Part shown: positions 11,701 to 23,700 of the stretch, piece after piece | How the letters are laid out: each line of letters starts with the position of its first letter | Numbering within the stretch: position 1 is the first letter of the stretch | NCBI GenBank assembly: GCA_950097015.1 | Contig: CATNEN010000037.1 | Span: 868,001-932,000, forward strand | Direction of reading: 5' to 3' | Length of the DNA: 64,000 nt | Origin: Macrostomum hystrix | Lineage: Eukaryota; Animalia; Platyhelminthes | Made by a program: the position numbers and the translations under genes | Notes under the pieces: model-generated | Databases searched by the model: none | What the model was told of the DNA's origin: nothing | The model's input: the letters and a program-made list of their open reading frames with translations, nothing else

Positions 11701-14700
11701 CTCTCCTCCCTGCTCTCTCCTCCCTGTACTCTCCTCCCTGCTCTCTCCTACCTGTACTCTCCTCCCTGCTCTCTCCTACCTGTACTCTCCTCCCTGCTCT
11801 CTCCTCCCTGTTCTCTCCTCCCTGCTCTCTCCTCCCTGTTCTCTCCTCCCTGTACTCTCCTCCCTGTTCTCTCCTCCCTGTACTCTCCTCCCTGTACTCT
11901 CCTCCCTGTACTCTCCTCCTGTACTCTCCTCCCTGTACTCTCCTCCCTGTTCTCTCCTCCCTGCTCTCTCCTCCCTGCTCCCTTCCCGCTATCTTCCTTC
12001 TTTAACATTGAACCTTAAATGTAAATTTTTCACAGGGTCAAGTCGGCCAGCCAGGCTTTCCAGGCCCTTCTGGAGAGGCAGTGAGTTTGCACTTTTACTT
12101 CTGATTGGACAAGACAACTGACCGAGGGTAAAATATAAAAATAATCGATAGTTCTATACAGCCGAAGATACATATTTTGGAGAGGAATTAATGTGTGGTA
12201 TATTTGAAGAGTTTGTCACAAGATAAGCAGACGGAACTAAGATGTAATTCAATGTTAAATAATAATAAATTTCTCATTGTCAAGGGAATTTCCGGCATGC
12301 CAGGCATGAAGGGCGACAAAGGCGAGAGCGGTTGCAAAGGAACTGCCGTGAGTTTTTCTGTCCTCTTTATGTTCTGATTTTTATTTGAGTTTGTTTATTT
12401 GATTATTGTTTGATTATATGTTTATTTGTTTATTTGTTTATTTGAATTTTTACTAAGTTTGTTTGATTTAAAAACTTCTCAAATTCACAGGTCTCACAGA
12501 TTCATTGGTTCATGCGTTTATTAGATTAATTAATTTATTGATTAATTGGCTAATTAGATTCTAGGGGCTTCGATGACTCACGGGTTTTGGTGATTCACGG
12601 GTTTCATTGATTCACGGGTTTCATTGATTCACGGGTTTCAGTGATTTACGGATTTCATTGATTCACGGGTTTCAGTGATTTACGGGTTTCATTGATTCAC
12701 GGGTTTCATTGATTCACGGGTTTCATTGATTCACGGGTTTCATTGATTCACGGGTTTCAGTGATTTACGGGTTTCAGTGATTCACGGGTTTCAGTGATTC
12801 ACGGGTTTCATTGATTCACGGGTTTCATTGATTCACGGGTTTCATTGATTCACGGGTTTCATTGATTCACGGGTTTCAGTGATTCACGGGTTTCATTGAT
12901 TCACGGGTTTCAGTGATTCACGGGTTTCAGTGATTCACGGATTTCATTGATTCACGGGTTTCATTGATTCACGGGTTTCATTGATTCACGGGTTTCATTG
13001 ATTCACGGGTTTCATTGATTCACGGGTTTCAGTGATTCACGGGTTTCATTGATTCACGGGTTTCAGTGATTCACGGGTTTCAGTGATTCACGGATTTCAT
13101 TGATTCACGGGTTTCATTGATTCACGGGTTTCATTGATTCACGGGTTTCAGTGATTCACGGGTTTCATTGATTCACGGGTTTCAGTGATTCACGGGTTTC
13201 AGTGATTCACGGATTTCATTGATTCACGGGTTTCATTGATTCACGGGTTTCATTGATTCACGGGTTTCATTGATTCACGGGTTTCATTGATTCACGGGTT
13301 TCATTGATTCACGGGTTTCATTGATTCACGGGTTTCATTGATTCACGGGTTTCATTGATTCACGGGTTTTGGTGATTCACGGGTTTCAGTGATTCACGGG
13401 TTTCAGTGATTCACGGATTTCATTGATTCACGGGTTTCATTGATTCACCGGTTTCATTGATTCACCGGTTTCATTGATTCACCGGTTTCATTGATTCACC
13501 GGTTTCATTGATTCACGGGTTTCATTGATTCACGGGTTTCATTGATTCACGGGTTTCATTGATTCACGGGTTTCATTGATTCACGGGTTTCATTGATTCA
13601 CGGGTTTCATTGATTCACGGGTTTCAGTGATTCACGGGTTTCATTGATTCACGGGTTTCAGTGATTCACGGATTTCATTGATTCACGGGTTTCATTGATT
13701 CACGGGTTTCATTGATTCACGGGTTTCATTGATTCACGGGTTTCATTGATTCACGGGTTTTATTGATTCACGGGTTTCATTGATTCACGGGTTTCATTGA
13801 TTCACGGGTTTCATTGATTCACGGGTTTCAGTGATTCACGGATTTCATTGATTCACGGGTTTCATTGATTCACGGGTTTCATTGATTCACGGGTTTCATT
13901 GATTCACGGGTTTCATTGATTCACGGGTTTCAGTGATTCACGGGTTTCATTGATTCACGGGTTTCAGTGATTCACGGGTTTCAGTGATTCACGGGTTTAC
14001 TGATTCTAAGTCAACATTTCAAAGTCACCCACCCCCCACCGCAGGGTCAGCCCGGTCTGAAGGGCACGCCTGGCTCTCGCGGCTACCGCGGCGACCCAGG
14101 CCAGATGGGCACCAAAGGTGACAAAGGCGACTCCAGCTCATCGGCCAAAGGTGTGAAAGGTGATCGAGGTCCGTCCGGGCCGGATGGTCGCAACGGCAGC
14201 CGAGGCGCCGAAGGTCCGCTGGGCGCCAAGGGTCAGGCAGGAGATCCGGGTGACCCTGGAGAACTGGTAATAAACCCGTTTCCCCGAGACACTGGCTCTG
14301 TTCATCGTGCATAATTTAGTTGTACACAAACTGTCCTTCAACTGTCGCCCTAACCTGCAGGGCCAAAAAGGCTACCATGGGCCTAAAGGCTACATGGGTC
14401 CGCCCGGAGACAAAGGCGAAGGCCTGCGGGGGCCCAACGGCACGACTGGCAACCCGGGCGATCCTGGCGATCAGTGCTCGAGTGTGACGCTGACCGTGCC
14501 GCGAAATACTAATCTGAACATAAACGACACGATTCAGGGACCGAAGGGTGTGCAGGGTCCCAAGGTAAGACTAATCGGCCTATGCCGAACGGTGATATCA
14601 GCCACGTTTCTTAGAAAACTACGTTACTAAGAGAACTAAGTTTTTTAGAAAACTACGTTACTAAGAGAACTAAGTTTTTTAGAAAACTACGTTTCTTATA

Positions 14701-17700
14701 AAACTGCGTTGCTTATAAAACTAAATTTCTTGGAAAACTACGTTTCTTAGAAAACTACGGTTCTAAGAAAACTACATTTCTTAGAAAACTACGGTTCTTA
14801 GAAAACTACGTTTCTTAGAAAACAATGTTTATTAAAAACCCAAGTTTCTTATAAAAAATACGCTTCTTAGAAAACAACATTTCTTCGAAAACTATGGTTC
14901 TTAGAAAACTACGTTTTCTTAGAAGTCCACGTTTCTTGGAGAACATTTTTTCTAAGAAAACGTTTACAGACTCTTTTTGTCACAAAAATTCCTAATGTTG
15001 ATAGAAGATATTAACTTTTCCTGCACAAATTTAGCGGCTGTGTTTCATTTGAGACGGATCAATGGCGGTTGGTTTTTTAATATTGATATTAGCTTCCTTA
15101 TTCATAGCTTCTTTCATTATTTTCTAGTTCTTTGCATGCCCTCGACGGTGTCAAAAAAGTAATTTAGATTTGAAAGACCCTAATATAAATTCCCTAAAGT
15201 ATTTAACCAATCGCCAATCTTTGAAAATTAGTTCAACGGAAAACTTTGATCCATCCATTTGCCCAGGGGAAAATAGAATTGATCTATCCTGCAGCAATCC
15301 AATTGCCCCCCTGTCTGCTATTTCAGGGTGAGAAAGGAGGCTTAGGGCCGCGCGGCGACAGAGGCACGAAAGGAGAAGCTGTGAGTTGACGGCTGCGAAT
15401 CAAGCGGCGAAAAGTTTTTTAATCCGTTACATTTGCTAGCGAATAGCGTTTATTCATTGCATTGCGCTGAACCCGCAGGGTCAAGACGGCACAATGGGCC
15501 AGCCAGGCAGGCCGGGACTGCCAGGCGATCCAGGCCAGCGAGGTCCGACTGGCCGAATGGGCGACAAAGGCCCCAAAGGAGACAATGTAAGACCCGGCTT
15601 GAGAACTTTGAGAATTGAACCTACAGACACCAAACTGTAAACCTACAGACACCAAACTGTAAACCTACAGACACCAAACTGTAAACCTACAGACACCAAA
15701 CTGTGAACCTACAGACACCAAACTGTAAACCTACAGACACCAAACTGTAAACCTACAGACACCAAACTGTAAACCTACAGACACCAAACTGTGAACCTAC
15801 AGACACCAAACTGTAAACCTACAGACACCAAACTGTAAACCTACAGACACCAAACTGTAAACCTACAGACACCAAACTGTGAACCTACAGACACCAAACT
15901 GTAAACCTACAGACACCAAACTGTGAACCTACAGACACCAAACTGTGAACCTACAGACACCAAACTGTAAACCTACAGACACCAAACTGTGAACCTACAG
16001 ACACCAAACTGTAAACCTACAGACACCAAACTGTAAACCTACAGACACCAAACTGTAAACCTACAGACACCAAACTGTGAACCTACAGACACCAAACTGT
16101 AAACCTACAGACACCAAACTGTAAACCTACAGACACCAAACTGTAAACCTACAGACACCAAACTGTGAACCTACAGACACCAAACTGTGAACCTACAGAC
16201 ACCAAACTGTAAACCTACAGACACCAAACTGTGAACCTACAGACACCAAACTGTAAACCTACAGACACCAAACTGTGAACCTACAGACACCAAACTGTAA
16301 ACCTACAGACACCAAACTGTGAACCTACAGACACCAAACTGTAAACCTACAGACACCAAACTGTGAACCTACAGACACCAAACTGTAAACCTACAGACAC
16401 CAAACTATAAAACTACAGACACCAAACTGTAAACCTACAGACACCAAACTGTGAACCTACAGACACCAAACTGTAAACCTACAGACACCAAACTGTGAAC
16501 CTACAGACACCAAACTGTAAACCTACAGACACCAAACTGTAAACCTACAGACACCAAACTGTAAACCTACAGACACCAAACTGTGAACCTACAGACACCA
16601 AACTGTAAACCTACAGACACCAAACTGTAAACCTACAGACACCAAACTGTAAAACTACAGACACCAAACTGTAAACCTACAGACACCAAACTGTAAACCT
16701 ACAGAACCAAACTGTAAAGCTACAGACACCAAATTGTAAAGCTACAGACACCAAACTGTAAAACTACAGACACCAAACTGGGAACCTACAGACACCAAAC
16801 TGTAAACCTACAGACACCAAACTGTAAACCTACAGACACCAAACTGTAAACCTACAGACACCAAACTGTAAAGCTACAGACACCAAACTGTAAAACTACA
16901 GACACCAAACTGTAAACCTACAGACACCAAACTGTAAACCTACAGACACCAAACTGTAAAGCTACAGACACCAAACTGTAAACCTACAGACACCAAACTG
17001 TGAACCTACAGACACCAAACTGTAAACCTACAGACACCAAACTGTAAACCTACAGACACCAAACTGTAAAACTACAGACACCAAACTGTAAACCTACAGA
17101 CACCAAACTGTAAAGCTACAGACACCAAACTGTAAAGCTACAGACACCAAATTGTAAAGCTACAGACACCAAACTGTAAACCTACAGACACCAAACTGGG
17201 AACCTACAGACACCAAACTGTGAACCTACAGACACCAAACTGTAAACCTACAGACACCAAACTGTAAACCTACAGACACCAAACTGTAAACCTACAGACA
17301 CCAAACTGTAAACCTACAGACACCAAACTGTAAAGCTACAGACACCAAACTGTAAAGCTACAGACACCAAACTGTAAAACTACAGACACCAAACTGTAAA
17401 CCTACAGACACCAAACTGTAAACCTACAGACACCAAACTGTAAAGCTACAGACACCAAACTGTAAACCTACAGACACCAAACTGTAAACCTACAGACACC
17501 AAACTGTAAACCTACAGACACCAAACTGTAAACCTACAGACACCAAACTGTTAAGCTACAGACACTGTATCTTTAACCTACTGAAAACTTCACATTGAGA
17601 TTAGCCAATGCGTAAACCTCAAACTCAGTCTGTCTGCCCAAATCTCGGCAGGGAAAGCAAGGGCTTGACGGCGCAGCAGGCATCACGGGCGATCCCGGAG

Positions 17701-20700
17701 AGCGCGGACCGCGTGGCGACCCTGGCATGGATGGTCCGGGCGGCGATCCGGGCGTGCGAGGCGACCAGGGACCGCCCGGATTCTGTGAGGCTCGGCCGGG
17801 CCCAGCCGGCGTGAAGGGCGCATCCGGACAGACCGGCAAGAAGGGCGAGAAAGGCTTCGCCGGCCCGGCAGGGCCGCTGGGCGAGCCCGGCTTCGATGGG
17901 CAGGACGGAGTCAAGGGCCAGCCGGGAGACGCGTGCCAGCACGGCCAGCAGGGCGAGAAAGGCGTCCGCGGATCCACCGGACCGCGTGGTCGCAAGGGCG
18001 ATGAGGGCAACCCGGGCACCATTGGGCGCAAAGGAGACAAAGGCCTCAAGGGCTATCAGGGGACCGGTATCAAGGGTGACCAGGTGAGTGACTGAAACTC
18101 AGAATCTTTAAAAGCCTACTTATAGTAGGGCGATACGAACACATGTCTACTTAAGAAGCTAATTTCGAATTAAACATTCGCTGTCAGGGTCCGCAAGGTG
18201 ACAAGGGCTACCCTGGCGACGTTGGCGAGCCCGGCTATCCGGGCAGCAAGGGCATCAAAGGCGCGGCCCTGCGCGGCGAGCCGGGCGCCGCCGGCCTGAC
18301 CGGAGACAAGGGCATCCTCGGACCGGCCGGCAATCGGGGCCGCAAGGGCGAAAGAGGCGACGCGGGCGCACCCGGCGAATGCCAAGCTGTGAACTGTACG
18401 CGCGGCGAGAAGGGCGACATTGGGTGGATCGGAGACAAAGGCGAAAAAGGGAGGCAAGGCCCCCTTGGTCTGCAGGGTCCAAAGGGCTTCAAAGGCTACA
18501 CCGGGTCATATGGATTCAAAGGCGCGATGGGCGAGAGAGGAGACAAGGTAAAAGTGTTAATTGAAATAGCGCTTCTTTCATACGATTTCATCATTTTTCC
18601 GCCGAAAGAGGAGTTCGAAGAAAAAGCGTATTCGCTCCAGCTCACTACAGAAAGGTCATTTTAAATATTTATTTTTTTATTTTGCATCCTAATCCAGGGC
18701 CAAAACGGCTCCAAAGGCGATGATGGAGATCGAGGACCGACGGGAGTGGGTGCGAATGTCAACGTAACAACTATCAAGGGTGAGTTGATGCAGGAAGACA
18801 AAAAGGACAATTTTGCGAGTCCATATTAAGTGGTTAACAGTAGAAACACCACAGTATTTCAAATAGCCACATTTTTCTTTTGTCTGTGTCTCCCAAAGTA
18901 TTGAACCAATCGCCATGAAATCTGGAACACGGGCTAAAATTTCACGAAACATCGGCATCGTCGAGAAATTCAAAGATTCTCGACGTGGTGTCCGGTGGCA
19001 AAAAAAACTAATTAAGGCAAACTTTTTTTCCATTTTTTCCTCTTTGGGTTCGCCAAAGAGGTTTATGTGGAGCAATGTTACCCATAGCAGAATTGCCCTG
19101 TCGTCAGGGACTCCGACAAGAATCGCTGATTATCTCGACGACGCAGGCTCGTGCGGGTTTGAAAGTTAGTTAATGGTAATAAGGGGCAGAAAAGTTTCAT
19201 CTAAATGGTGGGACTTTCGGTCATTCGGTTTTGGAGCTGTCGCGAATTAGGGATTCGTAATTTAAATTCCGAATGGAATTAATTTAAAAAATCGTATTCC
19301 ATTTCCATCAGGCCAGAAAGGCGTCGCGGGTGACGATGGCGGCATTGGCGAGAAGGGCGAGAAAGGAGTGACCGGACTCAATGGCAAAATCGGTCGCAAA
19401 GGTGACAGAGGCCAAAAGGGAGAAAAGGTAAGCTAGATGGCTGACTATGGACACTCTCGGTCTCCTAATTTACTAAAACCCTTTTCCCGTTCTAAATTTC
19501 AGGGTCTGGACGGCATCCATGGCCGCAACGGCACCGACGGCGATAAAGGCGACACCGGGCCCAAGGGCGACAGAGGTGTCAAAGGTGAACGCGGCGAAAC
19601 CTTCACCGGCTCGGTGGGAATTCGCGGCGACGAAGGAGACAAAGGCCAGGCAGGTGAAAAAGGCGCGCAAGGCGCTGTCGGTGATGTCGGAGAGAAGGGC
19701 GAGAAAGGCATCCGCGGCGAGAAGGGAAACCGTGGCACCGACGGCGCCAAGGGAGTTAAAGGCGATCCCGGAGCGCCAGGCAAGGCTGGGAAAAATGGCA
19801 CACTCGGCGAAGTCGGCCCAGTAGGTTACAAAGGCTTCAAGGGCTTCGACGGCGACAAGGGCAGCAATGGCAGTCGGGGCGAGCGCGGCGAGAAGGGCAC
19901 CGAGGGCGAAAGAGGCGAGAAAGGCGTCAAAGGCACCAAAGGACTCAAGGGTGATGACGGTACGCGACGCATGATAATCTAGAAATATTCAAGAAAACTG
20001 ACCCACCCGTGCTCGGCTCCTTTTACCCATCCTTCCTCTCATTGGCTCTCGTCTGTTCAGGTTATCCATCCCTTCTCCGCTTAGGTTACCCCCTCCTTTG
20101 CTCAGGCTATCCACCCCTCCTCCAACTAGGTTACCAACCTCTCCTCCACCTAGGTTACCAACCCCTCCTCCACCTAGGTTACCAACCCCTCCTCCACCTA
20201 GGTTACCAACCCCTCCTCCACCTAGGTTACCAACCCCTCCTCCACCTAGGTTACAAACCCCTCCTCCACCTAGGTTACCAACCCTCCGTCGTTATGGCCC
20301 CATAACTCGCTAAGGTTACCCACCCATGCTCCGCTCAGGATGCCTACCCCTACTCGCAACATACACCCAGCGCCTCCTCCAGCATCGATCTCCCGTTCAC
20401 CCCACTCCACCAGGCCCAGTCGGTAGCCCTGGAGACTACCTAACCGGCGTCAAGGGCGACAACGGAAGCCAAGGCGATACCGGTCAGAAGGGCGAAAAAG
20501 GCTACCAGGGTGAGAAAGGCTTCGCTGGCCGTCCCGGAGTGAATGGCACAGTCGGAGACAAGGGAACCAAAGGAGACCAGGGTCTCAAGGGCGCTACTGG
20601 CGACAAAGGCAGCAAAGGTGCTCAGGGTGTGCGACTAGACAAAGGTGTTAAAGGCGAGCAGGGCTACGGAGGTGTTCAAGGCGAGAAGGGCGAGAAAGGT

Positions 20701-23700
20701 ACGTCGGGGCCGTCAGGCCAGCCTGGACTTTGTGTCGGCATCGGAACGAAGGGCAGGCAGGGCATTGAAGGCGAAGTCGGGCCGCAGGGACTCAAAGGCT
20801 TAAAGGGCTTCAGTGGCGACAAAGGCTTTGTCGGCGAACGAGGCGTCATTGGCGATGTCGGAACAGATGGTCCCAAAGGCGACAAGGGCGAATTGGGACC
20901 CCAAGGAAACAATGGTTCGGCGGGTCCGCAAGGTCCGGTCGGTCCGAGGGGCGACAAAGGCAATCTTGGGCCTGATGGCCCGATTGGCAACGTTGGATTC
21001 AAAGGCGAGATCGGCCAGAAGGGCGACAGGGGACCTCGGGGTGACAAGGGCGTCATCGGCCTGCCGGCGCGCGGTCCGCGAGGTGACAAGGGCGACACTG
21101 GGCCGCGGGGTCCGATTGGTCCGGAGGGTCCCACGGGCCCACGAGGTCTGAAGGGCGTGGTAGGACCGCGCGGTCCTAAAGGCGACGGTCAGCTCGGTCC
21201 GCAGGGCAAGAAAGGCGACGTCGGGCTCCCTGGCATTGTGGGCGATGTCGGGCAGACTGGCCCCAAGGGCGAGAAAGGTGTCGCCGGACCCAGTGGAAAA
21301 CTGGGAAGAAAGGTGAGTTAACTTTTTGTTGCCTAAATTGCTATACAGACACTCAATTATTGTTTTGATGTGTCGTTGAACATTAGCTACAAAATTTGAC
21401 CTGTCGCAAAAACGAAGCAATAATACTTTTGTTCAGGGCGTCAAAGGCAGCGTTGGTGACAAAGGCGAACAGGGCAAGGTCGGACCTAAAGGCTTTCTCG
21501 GACCAAAGGGCGACAAGGGCGAGAACGGCACAGTTGGCGATATCGGAGAGAAGGGCGACAAAGGTGTCGTCGGTGACAAGGGCAACTTTGTAAAAGGCGA
21601 TCCGGGTCTTCAAGGTTTAAAGGGTGTCAAAGGCCTAGTTGGATCCAAAGGCGAAGTGGGTCTGATCGGCGAGAAGGGCGCCTCCGGACAGATGGGCAGA
21701 CAGGTGAGAAATTTATCGGGATACAAAACTAGTATATAGGACTAGCAAGTTTCCCCCTCAATTTCAGACTGACGAAATTCAACAGCTGTTACTCACATTT
21801 GAGATATTTAAGCAAGAACATGTCTATAAATTTCAAAGGACTAATTTGTGCTAAGTCTCTAGTTTTTATCTCTTCCCTTCATTATTGTCGTAGGGTGTAG
21901 ACAATAGGGTTTTAGATTGACGTCAATAGACTCAATCTACGAGTAACTATTAAGCAGCATAAAAAGTATTTTTGAGCTGAATTGAGCAGTTTAAATAAGT
22001 CAGGCTTCGCCTGTACACAAACACAATAGATAACTTAGAACGGAAACATTGAAAGTAAAGTACAAGTGTATGGAAATATTAATAAGTATTAAGTAAGGTG
22101 AGTTTTGGAGGATGTGAAATCTGTAGTTATATTTACTGAAGCATTTTCTAATCTATAGTAGATAAGACAATATTTTTCAATAAGCAATGAAGTATTAAAT
22201 AAGTTAAAGTATTGTTTTCATGTCTGATAATTATTATCTGCAGGGCCCGAAAGGCGAAAAAGGCACAACTGGCTACAAAGGTGAGATTGGTCAGAAAGGC
22301 GAGAAAGGCATCAAAGGCGAAATTGGAGCGAAGGGCGATACTGGCTCCAAAGGTGAAAAGGGCGGCAACGGCACCAAAGGCGACCTTGGTCCCAAGGGCC
22401 TCAAAGGAGAGCTGGGAGACAAGGGCTATGAGCAAAACTGCACCACTGTGACTGGCCCGAAAGGTGACAAGGGAAGCAACGGAACCAAAGGCGAAAAGGG
22501 CGAGACTGGCATGTATGGCGAAATCGGTAAGATTACTCGAAATTTTTCGGCATTTTTTTCTTGCAGCGGCTTTGTAAATCAAATTATATTCTCCTTAAAG
22601 GTGAAACTGGCGCCAGAGGTCAGAAGGGTGAGAAAGGCAGGACGGGCGACACAGGCGACAAGGGCGACACCGGGCCTAAGGGCGCCACTGGTCCCAAAGG
22701 CAACAAAGGCCTCGACGGTCGGCATGGATCGAATGGTGACAAGGGCGACACCGGACTGACGGGTGATAAGGGCTTCCAAGGCGAGAAGGGCCTACGGGGA
22801 CCCACCGGTGACAAGGGCATTGGAGGACCTCCAGGTAAAAACTTGTTCGTTGCAAAATAGCCTAAAACTTCTTATTTTAACCGGCTCAGCAACTAAAAAT
22901 GCACAATGATTGTTTATAGGTGGCCCCGGCGACAAGGGCAAGCAGGGCTCGCAGGGCAGCGTCGGACCAAAGGGCGAGCGCGGTCAAATTGGGCCCAACG
23001 GACAAAGCGGCGATAAGGGCAACAAGGGTGACGTTGGAGACATTGGGCCAAAGGGTGAGTAAGATCCGAGTTCAGATTGAAATAACCCTCCCACCAGGAA
23101 AGAAAAGTCTTTGGATGCGTCACATTCTGGTAAACGCAGTCGATTGCCTACTTCACTGACGTATCAGTTACCCACCCCTCCTCCGCCCCAATCATCCACC
23201 TCTCCTCCGTCCAAATCATCCACCCCTCCTCCGTCCCAATCATCCACCTCTCCTCCGTCCCAATCATCCACCTCTCCTCCGCCCCACTCATCCACCTCTC
23301 CTCCGTCCAAATCATCCACCCCTCCTCCGTCCCAATCATCCACCTCTCCTCCGCCCCAATCATCCACCTCTCCTCCGCCCCAATCACTCGTCTCTCGGCG
23401 TCACTTATTATACCTCTATACCTATTGTACACAATTCAGAGGACCCATGCAACACCGCTCATCCATCTATCCTGCCATCCTCTTTTTTGATTCGCAGGTC
23501 TGAAGGGCAATAAAGGCGAGAATGGGACGCTGGGCGAGAATGGCGATGAAGTGAAGGGCCAGAAGGGCGCCAAAGGCCAGAAAGGCTCACAGGGCGGCAC
23601 CGGAGACAAAGGCGAGGCCGGGCAGCCGGGCAAGCAAGGCCAGAAAGGCGTCGCCGGGCCGCAGGGCGATGTCGGTCCGAGAGGCGACATTGGGCCGAAG

